Assembly (NCBI GenBank): GCA_023213395.1 | Contig: CM041465.1 | Span: 49,421,741-49,485,740 of the forward strand | Source of the DNA: Cycas panzhihuaensis | Taxonomy: Eukaryota; Plantae; Cycadophyta | DNA length: 64,000 bases | Direction: 5' to 3' | Shown: piece after piece, positions 61,328 through 64,000 of the stretch | Position numbering within the stretch: position 1 is the first letter of the stretch | Layout: each line of letters opens with the position of its first letter | Program-made: the position numbers and the translations under genes | Notes under the pieces: model-generated | What the model was told of the DNA's origin: nothing | The model's input: only the letters and a program-made list of their open reading frames with translations | Database searches by the model: none

Positions 61328-64000
61328 TGTCAGAAGGTCATTATATTAATTGATTATTCCTAAAAGGGTTTTAAGTGAACTTTAAATTAAATCACTTATG
61401 TGAAATGCATTTTCATGTGCATTGTGTATAATTTCATTTTACCTTACTATAATGCTATGTCTCTCTATATAAAAGTAAAAGCTCAATGGAGGAGGCTTAT
61501 TCTTACCTCCCCATTTTTGTGAGAGTGACTCTTTTTCTCTCAAGTCTCTCTTTCTCCCATGTTTACTTTTATGTATAGTGCATGGAGATGAAGAATAGAT
61601 CCACTCCTTTCATGTGATATCAAAGCTTTCTTCCTTCATATTCCTCACTTACACTTGCAATAGAGCCATCACTTCCTTCTCCCCCACAATCCATGTGGTG
61701 AAGGGGATTATGAAAGTGGATTTGGAAATATTTTTAAGTTTTTATCATAGCATACTTAGTATTGTTTACCTTCTCTCTCTTTTATAAGCTTGAAATCAAA
61801 ATACAAGCAGTTATAATGCCTAAGGATTCCAATCCTTTGGTAGCCATTTGTGCATATCTCATTCTTCTTTTCTTTCCCCTCTTTTTATCCATTTAACAAG
61901 GGGAAATGCTGCCAAATTTTTTCTAACATTTAGAAGAATGTTTATAAGGGGAGGTTTTGGCCTTTTGTTTTTAAGAATTTAGAGTCATTTAAAATATTCA
62001 TCATTGTATGCTCTCATCTTGCCCATATCTAGATCCTGGTGATTAAAAAATGATGAAATTTTTATATGATATCATGTGTTGATGAGAAATTTGCAAGCTA
62101 TATTTTCTACAGAAATAAAATCTACTTATTAAACTTCATAAGTCTGCTAAAACTTCTATAGAGCTCTAATTGACTTGATTCTAATTTTTTAAAATGTAGC
62201 TCTAAGTATAGTTTCCAACACAAAAATTGGAACCTAATTTTGTTGTCGTATGAGAAAGTTATTGTTGTTTTAGTGAACATCAGTTATTTTTAGTAAGAAT
62301 TTTGAAAAAAATATATTCCATACAATTTGTAGGACTTCCAAAAATTTTGTAAAACTCATTTGGACCTAATTCCACTTTCTAAAGATGTAGCTCCAAGTCT
62401 AGTTTGCAGCACAAAAATTGGCACTCAATTTTGTTATCGTGAGATAAAGTTATTGATGTTTTAGTGAAGACTTGTTTTTGTTATTAAAAAAAAAAAAAAG
62501 TGAAGAAAATTTCTTCTTCTTTTAAGGCTTCAAAGGCTATTGTAAAAGTGAGTGGAAAACACTTGAATTAAAGCAATATATGGTGCCCTCACTTCACTTC
62601 TCAATATTTTATTTCAACACTCCAAATAAGCACTTCATTTTTAGTTACATGTACATTTGGTGCAAATTTAATAATATTTTCACTCTCACTAAAAGGAACA
62701 CATCATGTATGTCATTTTCCACCATCTTGTACTTATTCATAAACTTGCTAAGGTTAAGATACCTTAGTTGGCAGAATGTCATGCCATAAAGGAGGTGTAG
62801 GTTTCAATTTAGGACTAGACTTAACAAAAATATTGGTAAGATTTGGTTAGCCATATCACCGTGCCTCAATTAGAGATAATTCTGATAACCAACTTGGAAA
62901 ACTAAAACTTTAATACAAGATTACAATATACCCAATTCAATATCTATCATAGTCATGGATATGCATGTACCACTCTTAGAGAAGGTATATAACTGCTCAT
63001 TGGTGAATAAGGTGAGGATTGGAAGTACCTAGGCTTTATTGTGACTTGGATTTTATCACTAAGCATAATTGTGGGTATCATAGGTGAAGGCCAACTTAAT
63101 TCTACTAGAAGCCTAAGCATTCCTTCAACAACCTCAACTACATATTAAACACAAGTTAGAGGCTATTGGGTTGATTACACATCCTATATTTGAGTTTTAG
63201 AGTTATGTACACTCAATGATATCATCTTCAACATTAGTCTATAATCTTATATATTGATCACTCACATATTTACAAATAGTAATCCATAGTGCAATCACAG
63301 TGCTACATTCTTATTGCATTAGGATAATTCTACCACAGGTGTTGATGGCCAATTTTCATCATAGTGCTTCTCATATTCCTATTGTGTCAAGTTAATAATT
63401 GTCATAAATATTGGTGACTTTCTCTAAGTTTCTCCCTTTAGCTTTGAGTAACCATTCTTACTTATTTATTCTTCCTTCTACTACATTGTTTCATTACATC
63501 TCCTATTTATAAATAGTGATTAGTCATTTATTGCCATCACTTTCATAAGTCCCTTGTTCTTTTCTTCCCTTCTCAAAAGATACCATGTCTTTACAATTCA
63601 AGTAAAATGTGAATTGTATTTATGAAGGGAAAAAAAATTGGGACATGTGGTTCACTGGTGTTATAAATATTGCAATGTATAAAGGCCTTTGGAGAGATCA
63701 CCTATAACTTACACTAATTGTTTCTACCACTACTTCCATAGATACCACTGTAAGAACTCCTCTGATTCCTCCCATTGAAGTTGCAGCCAAACACTAATAG
63801 GAACTTGATGATGATAAAATTCATACAGGGATACTTCTTATCATTGATTATTACATGTATAACCTCATTGATGAAGTCGTACATGATACAGCATGGAAAG
63901 TCCTTAAATGTTCTCAAGAAGAACTTTGATACTAAATTAGACTTAGAATTTGTTCACCTAGTGCTAAAGATGAATAAATTAAAAATGCAAAAAATACATG
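61328..64000 (+). mobile_element. Copia-5 (copy B): LTR 61328-61612, PBS 61615-61626, about 2-kb leader, decayed gag from 63585, running off the window
   Basis: From 63585: YEGKKNWDMWFTGVINIAMYKGLWRDHL...DKIHTGILLIID...TAWKVL, resembling a Copia gag N-terminus/UBN2 region. Confidence 0.75.

Larger units (their letters stand above)
23731..63380. repeat. Tandem segmental duplication, copy B (39,650 bp including B-specific insertions)
   Basis: Starts inside LINE ORF2 immediately after the end of copy A. Past 63380 the sequence continues into a Copia gag, consistent with the ancestral flank. Confidence 0.9.

Noticed and set aside
23731-63380. Duplication as a pure assembly artefact
   Set aside because: About 4% transition-rich divergence, copy-specific TSD-bounded insertions and a sharp junction favour a real, old duplication; read-level confirmation is still advisable.
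3859-63917. Numerous 60-100 aa ORFs (e.g. 5470, 9264, 11074, 13345, 17940, 21964, 30676, 35793, 62580) as host genes
   Set aside because: They are antisense or off-frame readings of transposon sequence; pairing between A and B reflects the duplication, and several are broken in one copy.

Overview
AT-rich, gene-free plant heterochromatin, probably from a large-genome land plant (possibly a gymnosperm; low confidence), made almost entirely of nested retrotransposons. The window holds most of a tandem segmental duplication. Copy A runs from upstream of position 1 to 23730 and copy B from 23731 to 63380; they differ by roughly 4% in hand-counted samples. Both copies carry decayed Ty1/copia elements (Copia-1 to -5), an L1-type LINE, a Gypsy 3' remnant and a 312-bp TRIM. 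Only copy B carries a younger Tnt1/Tork-like Copia (32290-43520; TSD AAGAG; empty site at 3898-3902 in A), with a young chromodomain Gypsy (Reina-like, 34752-40754) nested in its integrase. Copy A has a 1.93-kb deletion. In copy B, about 2 kb of unrelated DNA replaces the gag-PR-IN region of Copia-1. The most unusual object is the TRIM: 81-bp LTRs and a tRNA-type Pol III promoter assembled across the 5' LTR/PBS junction (A box in the LTR, B box 33 nt downstream), with a T4 terminator-like run in the 3' LTR. No intact host gene, rRNA, true tRNA or CRISPR array was found.
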